Positions 47,951 through 49,335 of a stretch of DNA of 49,335 nucleotides are shown one piece after another. Where the stretch lies: contig CANRJU010000001.1 in assembly GCA_947631075.1 (NCBI GenBank), positions 1 through 49,335 of the forward strand, written 5' to 3'. Positions within the stretch are counted from its first letter, which is position 1. Each line of letters opens with the position of its first letter. A program made the position numbers and the translations under genes. Under the pieces are notes generated by a model that had not been told where the DNA came from, ran no database searches, and worked only from the letters and a program-made list of their open reading frames with translations. This DNA is from an uncultured Lachnospiraceae bacterium. GTDB lineage: Bacteria; Bacillota; Clostridia; Lachnospirales; Lachnospiraceae.

Positions 47951-48094
47951 TTATAACGTCCCCTTTGCGTCCTGTATCAATTCCTTGACAATGTCCGTGA
48001 CATCCGCCAGATTATTATTATAAACCACATCTTCTACCTTTTCTACGTCCATGCTGGGCTGAAACTTGTCCAGTTCTTCTTCAAAATTCAGCAT
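47951..48094 (-). CDS. Small acidic hypothetical protein (47 aa)
   Basis: GGAGG RBS; MLNFEEELDKFQPSMDVEKVEDVVYNNNLADVTDIVKELI; directly upstream of the TPR gene; absent from the ORF track. Confidence 0.7.
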   Translation of the reverse strand: MLNFEEELDKFQPSMDVEKVEDVVYNNNLADVTDIVKELIQDAKGTL

Positions 48095-48264
48095 CTCCTA
48101 CCTCCGTTCGTTCTGTCTGTATCCATGTTTTCTATTCCTTATCTAACATAATACCAGTTTGTACAAAAAAAGCAAGCATGAAATATCGTATTTTTTCGAC
48201 GAAAAAATACGATGTAAAAATTTCCCGTCACCTTTCCATGACATAAAAATCTGGTCATGTCTAC

Positions 48265-48300
48265 AAAAAGGAGGCTGCGCCGTCTCCTTTGCAGCCTCCT
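48265..48300 (-). terminator. valS terminator
   Basis: AGGAGGCTGC...GCAGCCTCCT stem followed by a T tract on the minus strand. Confidence 0.8.
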
Positions 48301-48321
48301 GTCTATCCTTTAGACACGATT

Positions 48322-49335
48322 CTATTTCGCGAGCTGGGCAAGCCTCTCTCTCACCTGCTCCATCATGCCCTTGTACTTCTCAAGCTTATCGCGCTCCTCA
48401 GCAATCTTCTTCTCAGGAGCTTTGTTGACAAAATTCGGGTTGCCGAGCATCCCCTCGGACCGCTTGAGCTCTCCCTGCAGCCTCTTTTCCTCTTTTTTCA
48501 GCCGCTCGATCTCTTTCTCGATGTCCACCAGCTCCGCAAAGGGGATGTAGATGGTGCCATCGGCAATCACAACGGAGACCGCGTCGTCGGCAATGCCCTC
48601 CTTGTCCTTCTGGAAACTCACATCGCTGGCAAGGCCCAGGGTGGCGAAGAATACCCGGTTGTCCTCGAATATCCTCAGCACTTCCTCTTTTTCAGAGACA
48701 ACAATCACAGAGGACTTCCGGCTGGGCGGCACATTCATCTCGCCGCGGATGTTCCGGATTCCCTTGACCGCTTCCTTGATCCGCTCCACCTTTTCCTCGT
48801 CGGCGGCGAAATCCCTGTCCTCGGTAAATACCGGCCAGGAGCTCACCATAATGGAGTCCTCCTCGGTGTCCATCAGCGTACAGTAAATCTCCTCGGTGAT
48901 AAACGGCATGTACGGATGCAGCAGCTTCAGCGCGTCGATCAGCACCGTCTTCAGCGTATAGAGCGCCGCCGCCTTCGTCTCGTCCGTCTCGCTGTACAGG
49001 CGCGGCTTCACCATCTCGATATACCAGTCGCAGAACTCCTCCCAGATGAAGTCGTAAATCTTCTGCACGGCAATTCCCAGGTCGAATGTCTCCATCAGCG
49101 CCGTGACGTCCTTCGCCAAATGGTTGACCTTGGAGAGAATCCACTTGTCCGCCTGCGTAAACTCCTCCGGCTTTACATTTTCATAGTCCAGTCCCTCATT
49201 CTGGGCAAAATTCATCATGATAAAGCGGGACGCGTTCCACACCTTGTTGGCAAAATTCCGGCTGGCCTCCACGCGCTCCCAGTAGAAGCGCATATCGTTT
49301 CCGGGCGCGTTCCCGGTCACAAGCGTCAGTCGCAG
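48322..49335 (-). CDS. valS: Valine-tRNA ligase (5' end outside the window)
   Basis: RNFANKVWNASRF, FCDWYIE, LLHPYMPFITEEI, and the C-terminal coiled coil NPNFVNKAP. Confidence 0.96.
   Translation of the reverse strand: MRLTLVTGNAPGNDMRFYWERVEASRNFANKVWNASRFIMMNFAQNEGLDYENVKPEEFTQADKWILSKVNHLAKDVTALMETFDLGIAVQKIYDFIWEEFCDWYIEMVKPRLYSETDETKAAALYTLKTVLIDALKLLHPYMPFITEEIYCTLMDTEEDSIMVSSWPVFTEDRDFAADEEKVERIKEAVKGIRNIRGEMNVPPSRKSSVIVVSEKEEVLRIFEDNRVFFATLGLASDVSFQKDKEGIADDAVSVVIADGTIYIPFAELVDIEKEIERLKKEEKRLQGELKRSEGMLGNPNFVNKAPEKKIAEERDKLEKYKGMMEQVRERLAQLAK

Overview
A 49 kb window from a sporulating Clostridia genome (Lachnospiraceae-like, judged from gene content). Core genes: recO (partial), yqzL-like, era, an M16C peptidase, a cold-shock gene, ligA, the spoIIA and spoVA operons, a TPR gene and valS (partial). 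These enclose two accessory blocks, one on each side of ligA. Block 1 (~5.2-29 kb) is defence-rich. It holds an HATPase-HTH gene with an apparent AlbA deletion, carbonic anhydrase, a Septu-like ATPase+HNH pair, an MBL hydrolase, an orphan csm6 and three low-GC unknown genes. It also holds a Druantia-III-like pair (DUF1998 helicase plus a ~970 aa partner), a Sel1 protein, a WYL regulator and a DUF1351 / UvrD-PD-(D/E)XK / Zn-TPR-DEDDh module I cannot assign to a known system. Block 2 (~31.2-42.4 kb) is a type III-A CRISPR-Cas locus (cas6, cas10, csm2-5, a 34-repeat array, cas1, cas2) plus an RHH / FtsL-like pair. Four observations stand out. (1) The csm6 upstream region is a ~120 bp copy of the cas1 promoter, including a lone degenerate CRISPR repeat. 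(2) cas10 has one in-frame TAA. (3) spoVAD breaks off at codon 218, like a gene interrupted by an element. (4) The DUF1351-helicase/nuclease-exonuclease module is a candidate undescribed system. All family calls come from motif recognition by eye; no database searches were run.
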